Source of the DNA: an uncultured Oscillospiraceae bacterium
Lineage (GTDB): Bacteria > Bacillota > Clostridia > Oscillospirales > Oscillospiraceae
Direction of reading: 5' to 3'
DNA length: 64,000 nucleotides
NCBI GenBank assembly: GCA_910588105.1
Contig: CAJUQD010000010.1
Span: forward strand, 1,607 to 65,606
In this document: piece by piece, positions 1 to 8,948 of the stretch
Layout of the letters: the number at the start of each line of letters is the position of its first letter
Position numbering within the stretch: the stretch's first letter is position 1
The notes under the pieces: model-generated
What the model was told of the DNA's origin: nothing
What the model saw: the letters and a program-made list of their open reading frames with translations, nothing else
Databases searched by the model: none
Made by a program: the position numbers and the translations under genes

Positions 1-208
1 CCTGGCCCAGGAGTATTTCCGGGACGTGAAGCGGGGGCTTGACCCCGACCTGCCCGCTCACTATTTCCCCGGCGGCAACCCCAGCATGTCCCCCATCGTC
101 AACTGGCGCAGCGCCGGGCAGCTGCTGTACACCAACTGGCTGAACTACTACGTCTATCAGACCACCCCATACGACCCCACCCGGATCTCCCTGGAGCCCC
201 AGGAGTAG
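1..208 (+). CDS. metA: homoserine O-acyltransferase, 3' end (partial)
   Basis: C-terminus [25 protein letters not shown] matches the MetA C-terminal signature; the 5' part lies outside the window. Confidence 0.75.
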   Translation, partial: LAQEYFRDVKRGLDPDLPAHYFPGGNPSMSPIVNWRSAGQLLYTNWLNYYVYQTTPYDPTRISLEPQE

Positions 209-212
209 GCCC

Positions 213-1793
213 ATGCTGCAAATTTCAAACCTCACCCTCCCGGTGGACGGCGGCGAGGCTCTGCTGCGAAAGAAAGCCGCCCGCGTCCTGGGCGTCCGCC
301 CGGCCGACATCCTGGGGCTGTCCCTCCACCGCCAGTCCATCGACGCGCGGAAGAAACATGACGTGCATCTGGTCTGCACGGTCCGTCTTACATTAAATAA
401 TGAAGGGGCCGTCCTTCGGCGGGCCCCCCGGGGTGTGGAGGCGGTGGCGGACGTGCCCTATGCGCCGCCCCCCTTAGGCCGCGCCTCCCCCCTGCCCCCG
501 GTGGTGGTGGGCATGGGCCCGGCGGGGCTGTTCGCGGCCCTCACCCTGGCCCGCGCGGGCCTGCGGCCCGTCGTGCTGGAGCGGGGCCGGGACGTGGACC
601 GGCGCACCCGGGATGTGGAGCGTTTTTGGCAGACCGGGCTGCTCTCCCCCGTCTCCAACGTCCAGTTCGGCGAGGGGGGGGCGGGGACGTTTTCCGACGG
701 CAAGCTGTCCACCGGGGTGAACGACCCCCGCATCTCTCACGTTTTTGACGTGTTCGTGTCCCACGGCGCGCCGGAGGACATTAAGTGGTCCCACAAGCCC
801 CACATCGGCACCGACGTGCTGCGCGGCGTGGTCAAGTCCATGCGCCGGGAGCTGCTGTCGCTGGGGGCGGATATCCGCTTCGGCCACCAGCTCACCGGCC
901 TATCCCAGGCGGGCGGGCGGCTGGCCGCCCTCACCGTCCAGGCGGAGGCGGGCGCTTACAGCCTTCCCTGCGACGCGCTGGTGCTGGCCCCCGGCCATTC
1001 CGCCCGGGACACCTTTCAAATGTTATATGAGTCCGGCCTGCCCCTGGAGCGCAAGGGCTTCGCCATCGGCGTGCGCATTGAGCACGCCCAGGCGGCGGTG
1101 AGCCGCGCCCAATTCGGCACCTTTTGGGACAGGCTCCCCGCCGCCGACTATAAGCTGGCCTGCCACCTGCCCTCGGGCCGGTCGGCCTTCACCTTCTGCG
1201 TGTGCCCCGGCGGGCAGGTTGTGGCCGCCGCCAGCGGGGCGGGCCAGGTAGTCACCAACGGCATGTCCCTCCGGGCGCGGTCCGGGGCCAGCATCAACGG
1301 CGGATTTCTCGTTGGGGTGAACCCGGCGGACTTCGGCGGGGACGATCCCCTGGCCGGGGTGCGCTTCCAGGAACAGTGGGAACGGGCCGCCTTTGCGGCG
1401 GGCGGGGGCGGCTTCCGCGCCCCGGCCCAGCTGGCGGGGGACTTTCTGGCGGGCCGTCCCTCCGAGGGCCCCCGCTTAATCCTGCCCACCTACCGCCCCG
1501 GCGTCACCTGGGGCAGCCTGGACGGCGTCCTTCCCGCCTATGTGCTGGACACATTGCGGGACGCCCTCCCCCTATTTGACCGCAAGCTCCGCGGCTTCGC
1601 CCACCCGGACGCGGTACTCACCGGGGTGGAAACCCGCTCGTCCTCCCCAGTGCGGATTTTGCGGAACGCATCTCTCCAGTCCCCCGCCCTGCCGGGGCTG
1701 TATCCCTGCGGGGAGGGGGCGGGCTACGCCGGGGGCATCACCTCCGCTGCCGTGGACGGGATCAAGGTGGCGGAGGCCGTCATCCGGGGCTGA
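213..1793 (+). CDS. NAD(P)/FAD-dependent oxidoreductase (uncharacterised FAD dehydrogenase family)
   Basis: 526 aa; VVVGMGPAGLFAA Rossmann motif, GEGGAGTFSDGKL, and C-terminal GEGAGYAGGITSAAVDG. Confidence 0.85.
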   Translation: MLQISNLTLPVDGGEALLRKKAARVLGVRPADILGLSLHRQSIDARKKHDVHLVCTVRLTLNNEGAVLRRAPRGVEAVADVPYAPPPLGRASPLPPVVVGMGPAGLFAALTLARAGLRPVVLERGRDVDRRTRDVERFWQTGLLSPVSNVQFGEGGAGTFSDGKLSTGVNDPRISHVFDVFVSHGAPEDIKWSHKPHIGTDVLRGVVKSMRRELLSLGADIRFGHQLTGLSQAGGRLAALTVQAEAGAYSLPCDALVLAPGHSARDTFQMLYESGLPLERKGFAIGVRIEHAQAAVSRAQFGTFWDRLPAADYKLACHLPSGRSAFTFCVCPGGQVVAAASGAGQVVTNGMSLRARSGASINGGFLVGVNPADFGGDDPLAGVRFQEQWERAAFAAGGGGFRAPAQLAGDFLAGRPSEGPRLILPTYRPGVTWGSLDGVLPAYVLDTLRDALPLFDRKLRGFAHPDAVLTGVETRSSSPVRILRNASLQSPALPGLYPCGEGAGYAGGITSAAVDGIKVAEAVIRG

Positions 1794-1995
1794 CGCGCTG
1801 CTCACAACGGCTCCGCGACCTGTAGCCGTGCTCCGCCTGTTCGCGGCGCGCGGGCGGTCAGCCTCCTTGTCACGCTCGGATTGGCCGTGCGGCCAGGTCG
1901 CTTTCCCTCCGACTCGGGCTGGTGTCCGGGCCGCCTCGCGTCCCTCCCCTCGCTCCGATCCAAGCTCCCCTGCGCGGCTATCCTCGCGCTCTTGA
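1794..1995. repeat. dispersed intergenic repeat family A (compound copy)
   Basis: Shares gcgctgctcac..cggctccgcg, gctccgcctgttcgc, tgtcacgct, gctttccctccg and ctcgctccg..ccaagctccc with the copies at 19370, 32633, 36876 and 52903. Confidence 0.75.
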
Positions 1996-2107
1996 CTTCT
2001 CCGCAACCTCAAATTTACACCCCGCAACCCAAACGCAACAGCAAATTGGTGGCCTGGGCGGGATGCTCCGCTCTAAAATGGGGGCATATTGAAAGGAGGT
2101 CATCACC

Positions 2108-3016
2108 ATGACATTCGGTGAAAATCTGCAATTCCTGCGCAAGCGCGCCAACCTGACCCAGGAGGACCTGGCGGAAAAGATGGAGGTCTCCCGCCAGTCG
2201 GTGAGCAAATGGGAGTCCAACCTCTCCTACCCGGAGACGGACGCCATCCTGCGTCTGTGCTCCCTGTTCCACTGCGATATGGACACCCTGCTCCGCGGGG
2301 ACGTGTCCCGCCGCTTCGGCGAGGACGCCTCCCTCTGGGACAAGCACATGAACGGCTTTGCCGCCGCCATCGCGGGCGGGGTGGGGCTGGTGCTGCTGGG
2401 CGTCACCCTTCTCATGCTCCTGGGCGAATTCTTCGGCTGGGTGATGGCGGGCGGGGTGGTCTTTTTCCTGTTCCTCGCCGCCGCCGTCACCATTTTCATC
2501 GTCTCCGGCATGAATCACGACATCTTCCTGCGCCAGCACCCCGGCATCGGCCCCTGCTACGACAAGGAGGAGATGGACCGCTTCGAGCGCCGCTTCCCCC
2601 TGCTCATCGCCGTCCCCGTGGTGCTGCTCCTGCTGGGCCTCACCGCCATGATCCCCATGGACATGAACGCCCCCGCCCGGTTCACCAAGGACCAGTGGGA
2701 CGCCGTGTGCGGCGGGCTGTTCCTGCTGTGCGTCACCATCGCCGCCTCCGCCCTCACCTGGGCGGGCATCCAGCACTCCAAATACGGCTTCCCGGAGGAG
2801 AAGATGACCCCCGGCGAGCGCAAGGTGGGCCGGATCTGGGGCGTGGGCAAGGTGGGCCGGATCTGGGGCGTGGGCATGGTGGCCGCCACTGCGCTGTACG
2901 TGGGCCTGGGCTACGGGCTTGACCTGTGGAAGCAGGCCGCGCCGGTCATCTATTCCGTGGCCGCCCTGCTGTGCGCGGCCCTCACCATCCTGGTAAAAAA
3001 AGACGACGAAGCATAA
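2108..3016 (+). CDS. XRE-family HTH regulator with C-terminal membrane domain
   Basis: N-terminal LQFLRKRANLTQEDLAEKMEVSRQSVSKWES HTH followed by about 6 hydrophobic segments; AGGAGG RBS. Confidence 0.85.
   Translation: MTFGENLQFLRKRANLTQEDLAEKMEVSRQSVSKWESNLSYPETDAILRLCSLFHCDMDTLLRGDVSRRFGEDASLWDKHMNGFAAAIAGGVGLVLLGVTLLMLLGEFFGWVMAGGVVFFLFLAAAVTIFIVSGMNHDIFLRQHPGIGPCYDKEEMDRFERRFPLLIAVPVVLLLLGLTAMIPMDMNAPARFTKDQWDAVCGGLFLLCVTIAASALTWAGIQHSKYGFPEEKMTPGERKVGRIWGVGKVGRIWGVGMVAATALYVGLGYGLDLWKQAAPVIYSVAALLCAALTILVKKDDEA
2821..2874 (+). repeat. perfect 27-bp in-frame tandem duplication
   Basis: caaggtgggccggatctggggcgtggg x2, encoding KVGRIWGVG twice. Confidence 0.95.
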
Positions 3017-3029
3017 AGGAGGCCCCGCC

Positions 3030-4091
3030 ATGGTAGAGCGCCGCCCGGACTATTACACACAATTTCACTGCCTGGGCGGCGCCTGCCCGGACACCTGCTG
3101 CCGGGACTGGTCTGTGGTGCTGGATGAAGACGCCCTGGCAGACTATGCCGCCGCCCCCGCCCCCCTGGGGGAGCGCATCGCCCGAAATCTCGCCACCGAC
3201 GGGGACGGGGACGTGTGCTTCTGCCTGGACGAGGCTGGGCTGTGCGCCCTGCTCACCCCCGGCGGCCTGTGCGCCATCCAAAAAGACTGGGGGGAGGGGC
3301 ATCTTTGCGCCCACTGCGCCGCCTACCCCCGGTTCACCGAGGAGTACGGCTGCCTGACGGAGACCGCTCTGGCCGTCTCCTGCCCGGAGGCCGCCCGGCT
3401 TTTGCTGGAGGCCCCCCGGTTCTCCCTCGTCGAGACATACGACGGCATGGACGATCTCCCCTTTGACGGCGTGGACCCGGGACTGCTGTCCATGCTGGAG
3501 GGCAGCCGTGCCCAGATCCTGGCCCTGCTGGACGGCGGCGAGGAGACCATCTGGGACAGGCTGCGCGCCATGCTGGGCCGGGCCAAGACCCTGGAAACCT
3601 CCATTTTTGCCGCGGACTCCCGCCGGGACTATCCCTTCCCACCTCCGCCCATCCCGGGCCTTTTCCAGGCCTCCGCCGTCTGGCTGCTGGACCTGCTCTC
3701 GGAGCTGGAACCCCTGCGCCTGGACTGGCCTAACCTGTTGAGGGAGCGCGCCCAGCAGCTCGCCGCCCTGTCCGAAAGGGAGTACGCCGCCCTGCGGATC
3801 CGATACGCGCAGGCCAACCCCCGCTGGGAGCGCCAGCTCACCAACCTGGCCTGCTATCTGGTGTTCCGCCACTGGCACAAGGCGGTCAACGACGACGCGC
3901 TCTATGGCCGCGCCGCCTTCGTGTGCGCCGCCTGCGCCGTCTTATACCACCTCTCCCTGTTCCAGCCGGGGGAGGAGGCCGCGTTGTGGACCCGGTTCAG
4001 CCGGGAGGTGGAGCACAATGAGGACAATCTGGGCGAGCTGATCTGGGCGCTGTCCGAGCCGGACGCCCTGCCCCCGCCGCTCACAATTTGA
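3030..4091 (+). CDS. fliB: FliB-family flagellin lysine-N-methylase-like protein
   Basis: [24 protein letters not shown]...GLC.IQ and [10 protein letters not shown] cysteine pattern; FSREVEH near the C-terminus. Confidence 0.7.
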   Translation: MVERRPDYYTQFHCLGGACPDTCCRDWSVVLDEDALADYAAAPAPLGERIARNLATDGDGDVCFCLDEAGLCALLTPGGLCAIQKDWGEGHLCAHCAAYPRFTEEYGCLTETALAVSCPEAARLLLEAPRFSLVETYDGMDDLPFDGVDPGLLSMLEGSRAQILALLDGGEETIWDRLRAMLGRAKTLETSIFAADSRRDYPFPPPPIPGLFQASAVWLLDLLSELEPLRLDWPNLLRERAQQLAALSEREYAALRIRYAQANPRWERQLTNLACYLVFRHWHKAVNDDALYGRAAFVCAACAVLYHLSLFQPGEEAALWTRFSREVEHNEDNLGELIWALSEPDALPPPLTI

Positions 4092-4108
4092 GAAGAGGAG
4101 ATGAGCCT

Positions 4109-5188
4109 ATGTCACAGTATCTCAGCGGCCACGTCCGCCTGGGGGACGATTTGACCAGCGTGGTCATCCTGGACCAGACCCTGCTGCCCAACGAGGTCAA
4201 GTACCTCACCCTGCGCGCCCCGGAGGAAATGGTCGAGGCCATCCAATCCCTGCGGGTGCGGGGGGCCCCGGCCATCGGCATCTGCGCCGGCTACTGCCTG
4301 GCCGCGCTGGCCCAGCAGCGGAAAGGCCTGCCACCGGACCGCTTTCGCGCCGAGCTCCACCGGCTGTCCGCCCGCCTCAACGCCTCCCGGCCCACGGCGG
4401 TCAACCTGAGCTGGGCGCTGGGCCGCCTGGGAAGGCGGGCCCACGCCATGGGGGACGCCGCCCCCGCCGCCGTCGCCGCCGCCCTGCGGGAGGAGGCCAT
4501 TGCCATCCACCAGGAGGACGTCGCCATGTGCCGGGCCATCTCGGAGCACGGCCTCACCCTTCTCCGGGACGGGGACGGAGTGCTCACCCACTGCAACGCC
4601 GGGCCGCTGGCCACCTCCCAATACGGCACCGCCCTGGGCCCCCTCCTGCTGGGGACGGAGCGGGGGATGCGCTTCCGGGTGTTTGCCGACGAGACCCGCC
4701 CCCTGCTCCAGGGGGCCCGCCTCACCGCCTACGAGCTTCACCAGGCCGGGGTGGACGTAACCCTCATCTGCGACAACATGGCCTCTATCGTGATGAAAAA
4801 CGGCTGGGTGGACGCCTGCTTCGTGGGCTGCGACCGGGTGGCCGCCAACGGGGACGCCGCCAACAAAATCGGCACCAGCGGCGTGGCCATCCTGGCCAAG
4901 CACTACGGCATCCCCTTCTACGTCCTGGGCCCCACCTCCACCATCGACCTGGACTGCCCCACCGGGGATGATATCCAAATCGAACTCCGGGACCCGGAGG
5001 AGATCAAGTCCAAATTCTACGCCCGGCCCATGGCCCCCGCAGGGGTGAAGTGCTACAACCCCGCCTTCGACGTGACCGACCACACCCTCATCTCCGGCAT
5101 CGTCACAGAGAGGGGGATCTGCCGCCCGCCCTACGGCCAATCCCTGGCGGCGCTGATCCCCCCTCTTGACAATTCCCCCGCCCGGTGA
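4109..5188 (+). CDS. mtnA: S-methyl-5-thioribose-1-phosphate isomerase
   Basis: [56 protein letters not shown] at 4109 after GAGGAG. Confidence 0.92.
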   Translation: MSQYLSGHVRLGDDLTSVVILDQTLLPNEVKYLTLRAPEEMVEAIQSLRVRGAPAIGICAGYCLAALAQQRKGLPPDRFRAELHRLSARLNASRPTAVNLSWALGRLGRRAHAMGDAAPAAVAAALREEAIAIHQEDVAMCRAISEHGLTLLRDGDGVLTHCNAGPLATSQYGTALGPLLLGTERGMRFRVFADETRPLLQGARLTAYELHQAGVDVTLICDNMASIVMKNGWVDACFVGCDRVAANGDAANKIGTSGVAILAKHYGIPFYVLGPTSTIDLDCPTGDDIQIELRDPEEIKSKFYARPMAPAGVKCYNPAFDVTDHTLISGIVTERGICRPPYGQSLAALIPPLDNSPAR

Positions 5189-5194
5189 TAAGCT
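5166..5194 (+). promoter_or_regulatory. sigma-A-type promoter for thrS, overlapping the 3' end of mtnA
   Basis: TTGACA-17 nt-TAAGCT with an upstream TG. Confidence 0.55.
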
Positions 5195-5227
5195 ATCCCC
5201 TGAAAAATTGACACTGGAGGGGTATTT

Positions 5228-6988
5228 ATGCCCGAGGAAAATAATCCGTATACTTTTGAAAACGAGCAGTACCGCAAGACCTACTGGCACACCTGCTCCC
5301 ATGTGCTTGCCCAGGCCATGAAGCGCCTCCACCCGGAGGTGAAGCTGGCCATCGGCCCGTCCATCGACAACGGGTTCTACTACGACTTCGACACCCCCCA
5401 GCCCTTCACCGAGGGGGAGCTTGCCCAGCTTGAGGCCGAGATGCGCAAAATCTGCAAGGAAAAGCTGAAGCTGGAGCGGTTCGAGCTGCCCCGGGCCGAG
5501 GCGCTGGCGTTCATGGAGGAGAAGGGCGAGCCCTTCAAGGTGGAGCTTATCAACGATCTCCCCGAGGGCGAGGCCATCTCCTTCTACAAGCAGGGGGAGT
5601 TCACCGACCTGTGCGCCGGCCCCCACCTGGACTCCACCGGGCGCATCAAGGGCAATGCCCTGAAGCTCACCGCCTGCAACGCCGCCTATTGGCGTGGGGA
5701 CTCCAACCGGGAGACCCTCCAGCGCATCTATGGCATCGCCTTCCCCAAGAAGGACGAGCTGGACGCCTACCTCCAGCGCATTGAGGAGGCCAAGAAGCGG
5801 GACCACCGCCGCCTGGGCAAGGAGCTGGGCCTGTTCATGCTCCGGGACGAGGGCCCCGGCTTCCCCTTCTTCCTGCCCAAGGGGATGGTGCTGAAAAACA
5901 CCCTCATCGACTACTGGCGGCAGGTGCATAAGAAATACGGATACGTGGAAATCTCCACGCCCATCATGCTCAACCGCCAGCTCTGGGAGCGCTCCGGTCA
6001 CTGGGACCACTACAAGAACAATATGTACACCACCGTCATCGACGACGTGGACTTCGCCGTCAAGCCCATGAACTGCCCCGGCGGCATGCTGGTGTACGCC
6101 AGCGAGCCCCACTCCTACAAGGAGCTGCCCCTGCGGGTGGGCGAGCTGGGCCTGGTCCACCGCCACGAGCTGTCGGGGGCCCTCCACGGCCTGTTCCGGG
6201 TGCGCTGCTTCACCCAGGACGACGCCCACGTGTTCATGACCCGGGACCAGATGAAGGACGTGATCCAGGAGACGGTGCGGCTGTTCGACGAGGTGTACTC
6301 CACCTTCGGCCTGTCCTACACCATTGAGCTGTCCACCATGCCGGAGGACCACATCGGCACCGTGGACGAGTGGGAGCGCAACCAGGACATCCTGAAGGAC
6401 GCCATCACCGGCATGGGCAAGGAGTTCGTCATCAACGAGGGGGACGGCGCGTTCTACGGCCCCAAGCTGGACTTCCATCTGGCCGACGCCCTGGGGCACA
6501 CCTGGCAGTGCGGCACCATCCAGCTGGATTCCCAGCTCCCCGAGCGGTTCGAGCTGGAGTACACCGGCGAGGACGGCCAGAAGCACCGCCCCGTGATGAT
6601 CCACCGGGTGGTGCTGGGCTCCATCGAGCGGTTCATCGGCAGCATCACCGAGCACTTCGCCGGGGCGTTCCCGGCCTGGCTGGCCCCGGTGCAGGTGAAG
6701 GTGCTGCCCGTCACCGACCGGGCGGAGGGGTATGCCGCCCAGGTGGCCGCCAAGCTGGACGGGCTGGGCTTCCGCTGCGAGGTGGACGCCCGGAACGAGA
6801 AGATCGGCAAGAAGATCCGGGAGGCCACCCTGGAGAAGGTCCCCTACATGCTGGTGGTAGGCGACCGGGACATGGAAAACGGCACCGTCTCCCCGCGCCA
6901 CCGCTCCGGCGAGGACCTGGGGGCCATGGGGCTGGACGACTTCGCCGCCCTGCTGGGCGAGGAAGTCAGGAGCAAGGCAATCAAGTAA
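5228..6988 (+). CDS. thrS: threonine--tRNA ligase
   Basis: DLCAGPH, RDHRRLG, KPMNCP, HRHELSGALHGLFRVR.FTQDDAH, GAFYGPK, WQCGTIQLD, MIHRV; 586 aa with no N-terminal TGS domain. Confidence 0.97.
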   Translation: MPEENNPYTFENEQYRKTYWHTCSHVLAQAMKRLHPEVKLAIGPSIDNGFYYDFDTPQPFTEGELAQLEAEMRKICKEKLKLERFELPRAEALAFMEEKGEPFKVELINDLPEGEAISFYKQGEFTDLCAGPHLDSTGRIKGNALKLTACNAAYWRGDSNRETLQRIYGIAFPKKDELDAYLQRIEEAKKRDHRRLGKELGLFMLRDEGPGFPFFLPKGMVLKNTLIDYWRQVHKKYGYVEISTPIMLNRQLWERSGHWDHYKNNMYTTVIDDVDFAVKPMNCPGGMLVYASEPHSYKELPLRVGELGLVHRHELSGALHGLFRVRCFTQDDAHVFMTRDQMKDVIQETVRLFDEVYSTFGLSYTIELSTMPEDHIGTVDEWERNQDILKDAITGMGKEFVINEGDGAFYGPKLDFHLADALGHTWQCGTIQLDSQLPERFELEYTGEDGQKHRPVMIHRVVLGSIERFIGSITEHFAGAFPAWLAPVQVKVLPVTDRAEGYAAQVAAKLDGLGFRCEVDARNEKIGKKIREATLEKVPYMLVVGDRDMENGTVSPRHRSGEDLGAMGLDDFAALLGEEVRSKAIK

Positions 6989-6993
6989 AACGG

Positions 6994-7024
6994 AGAGCCG
7001 CCGGGAAATCCCGGCGGCTCTTTT
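6994..7024. terminator. intrinsic terminator after thrS
   Basis: agagccgccggga-aa-tcccggcggctct followed by a T-run. Confidence 0.85.
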
Positions 7025-7247
7025 ACGGCAGAAGCGTCTCATATGGCACATTCAAAATATCCCGCATGGCACGCAGCTCCACAGCATAGATATGCCGAAG
7101 GCCGACTTCCATTTTCGCCACAGCGCTTCGGGTCACGTCACAATCACGGGTTTGCAGCTGTGCGGCCAGCTGTTCCTGGGTCATTCCACGCGCCTCCCGG
7201 GCGGCGCGGATTTGCCGCCCTACTATGGAATCATAGGCATAATCCAC
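7023..7247 (-). CDS. small XRE/Cro-type HTH protein
   Basis: GTG start; VGRQIRAAREARGMTQEQLAAQLQTRDCDVTRSAVAKME HTH. Confidence 0.8.
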   Translation of the reverse strand: MDYAYDSIVGRQIRAAREARGMTQEQLAAQLQTRDCDVTRSAVAKMEVGLRHIYAVELRAMRDILNVPYETLLP

Positions 7248-7363
7248 ACCGTCACCCTCTTCGCACTCATATCCGCACAAACTTTAACTTGATATTACCC
7301 TAAGTTTGTGCTATGATTGCACCTATATAAGTGCAATCAAAAATTTAAGAGGAGTGCCCCGCT

Positions 7364-7540
7364 GTGGAATGCTTGAAGCCCGACCCCAACGCACCCTATC
7401 ATAAAATGTACACAACTCTGTTCAAGGCGATAACGGCGGCACTGTACATGATGGAGGACAGCGAATTTATGAAGGCGCGTGCGGTACTCATGCGTGCCCA
7501 GCAGGAGACGGAGCAGCTGTACATTGACGCGCAGCAGTAA
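7364..7540 (+). CDS. 58-aa microprotein (absent from the ORF track); paralogue of 40886-41035
   Basis: AAGAGGAG RBS and GTG start; MECLKPDPNAPYHKMYTTLFKAITAALYMMEDSEFMKARAVLMRAQQETEQLYIDAQQ; followed by a terminator. Confidence 0.75.
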   Translation: MECLKPDPNAPYHKMYTTLFKAITAALYMMEDSEFMKARAVLMRAQQETEQLYIDAQQ

Positions 7541-7570
7541 GCAAGGGAGCATTTGCCCCCTTGCTTTTTT
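7541..7570 (+). terminator. intrinsic terminator
   Basis: gcaaggg...cccttgc followed by TTTTTT. Confidence 0.75.
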
Positions 7571-7648
7571 CGTCAATCTATGGTATATATGATTGCAATA
7601 CCTTGCCAAAGGTAAATCTTTACTTATCGTAGGAGTTGATTTGTCCTC

Positions 7649-8911
7649 ATGGACCCGGATAGTATGATACTGCTGGCCGTGCTGGTGGTCATGGTGGCCA
7701 TGTCCGGCTACTTTTCCGCCACGGAGACGGCCTTCACCTCCCTCAACCGCATCCGCCTGAAGAGCCGCGCTGACAACGGCGACAAAAAGGCGGAAAAGAC
7801 CCTGGCCCTGGCCGAGGATTACGACAAGCTGCTCTCCACCATCCTCATCGGCAACAACATCGTCAACAACGTGGCCGCCACCCTGTCCACCCTGCTGTTC
7901 ATCAAGCTCATCGGCCAGGCCAACGGCCCGGCGGTGTCCACCATCGTGCTCACCGTGGTGGTGCTCATCTTCGGCGAGATCTCCCCCAAGAGCCTGGCCA
8001 AGGAATCCCCCGAGGCCTTCGCCATGTTCTCCGCCCCTCTGCTGCGGCTGTTCATGGCGGTGCTCACCCCGCTGAACTTCCTGTTCGGCCTGTGGAAAAA
8101 GCTGCTCACCCGCCTGTTTCACAAGTCCGAGGACGAGGGCATCACAGACGAGGAGCTGGTGACCATGGTGGAGGAGGCGGAGGACCAGGGCGGCCTGGAC
8201 CGGGAGGAGAGCCAGCTCATCCGCTCCGCCATCCGCTTTGACGACCTGGAGGCCGGGGACATCCTCACCCCCCGGGTGGACGTGGTGGCGGTGGACGAGG
8301 GCTCCACCCTGGAGGAGGTGGCGTCGGTGTTCGCCGCCGAGGGCTACTCCCGCCTGCCCGTATACCACGAGAGCATCGACGACGTGGTGGGGGTCATCCA
8401 CCAGAAGGACCTGTTCTCCGCCCGCTACCACGGCCGGGACCAGCTCAAACCCCTGGTGCGCCCGGTGCTGCACATCACCGCCCTGACCAAGATCGACGAC
8501 CTCATGCGCCAGTTCCAGCGCACCAAGACCCAGATGGCGGTGGTGGTGGACGAATACGGCGGCACCGAGGGCATCCTCACCATGGAGGACATTGTGGAGG
8601 AGCTGGTGGGCGAGATCTGGGACGAGCACGACGAGGTGGTGGAGGAATTCCGCAAGCAGCCCGACGGCAGCTACCTCATCGCCTGCTCCGCCGATCTGGA
8701 CGACCTGTATGACCTGTTTGAGGTGACGGGGGAGTGCGACGCGGCCACCGTGTCCGGCTGGGTGCTGGAGCAGCTGGGCCGGGTGCCCGAGCCGGGGGAT
8801 CGCTTTACATGGGAAAACCTGGACGTGACTGTCACCCGCGCCGAGCACCACCGGGTGCTGGAGATCAGGGTGGTAGTCCTGCCCCCTACGGAAGAGGAAG
8901 AGGAAAAATAA
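7649..8911 (+). CDS. HlyC/CorC (CNNM) family Mg2+/Co2+ transporter with CBS domains
   Basis: [64 protein letters not shown]. Confidence 0.9.
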   Translation: MDPDSMILLAVLVVMVAMSGYFSATETAFTSLNRIRLKSRADNGDKKAEKTLALAEDYDKLLSTILIGNNIVNNVAATLSTLLFIKLIGQANGPAVSTIVLTVVVLIFGEISPKSLAKESPEAFAMFSAPLLRLFMAVLTPLNFLFGLWKKLLTRLFHKSEDEGITDEELVTMVEEAEDQGGLDREESQLIRSAIRFDDLEAGDILTPRVDVVAVDEGSTLEEVASVFAAEGYSRLPVYHESIDDVVGVIHQKDLFSARYHGRDQLKPLVRPVLHITALTKIDDLMRQFQRTKTQMAVVVDEYGGTEGILTMEDIVEELVGEIWDEHDEVVEEFRKQPDGSYLIACSADLDDLYDLFEVTGECDAATVSGWVLEQLGRVPEPGDRFTWENLDVTVTRAEHHRVLEIRVVVLPPTEEEEEK

Positions 8912-8914
8912 GCG

Positions 8915-8948
8915 CGGCCCCCGGTCTGATGACCGGGGGCCGTTTTTC
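8915..8948. terminator. terminator between convergent genes
   Basis: cggcccccggtc-tgat-gaccgggggccg followed by a T-run. Confidence 0.8.

Noticed and set aside
4112..7051. 979-aa minus-strand ORF and similar long ORFs (49852-53034, 38653-40515, 9322-11328, 25274-27631, 32488-34848, 54016-56334, 56128-58395)
   Set aside because: Antisense or off-frame shadows of real genes caused by high-GC codon bias; no recognisable motifs.
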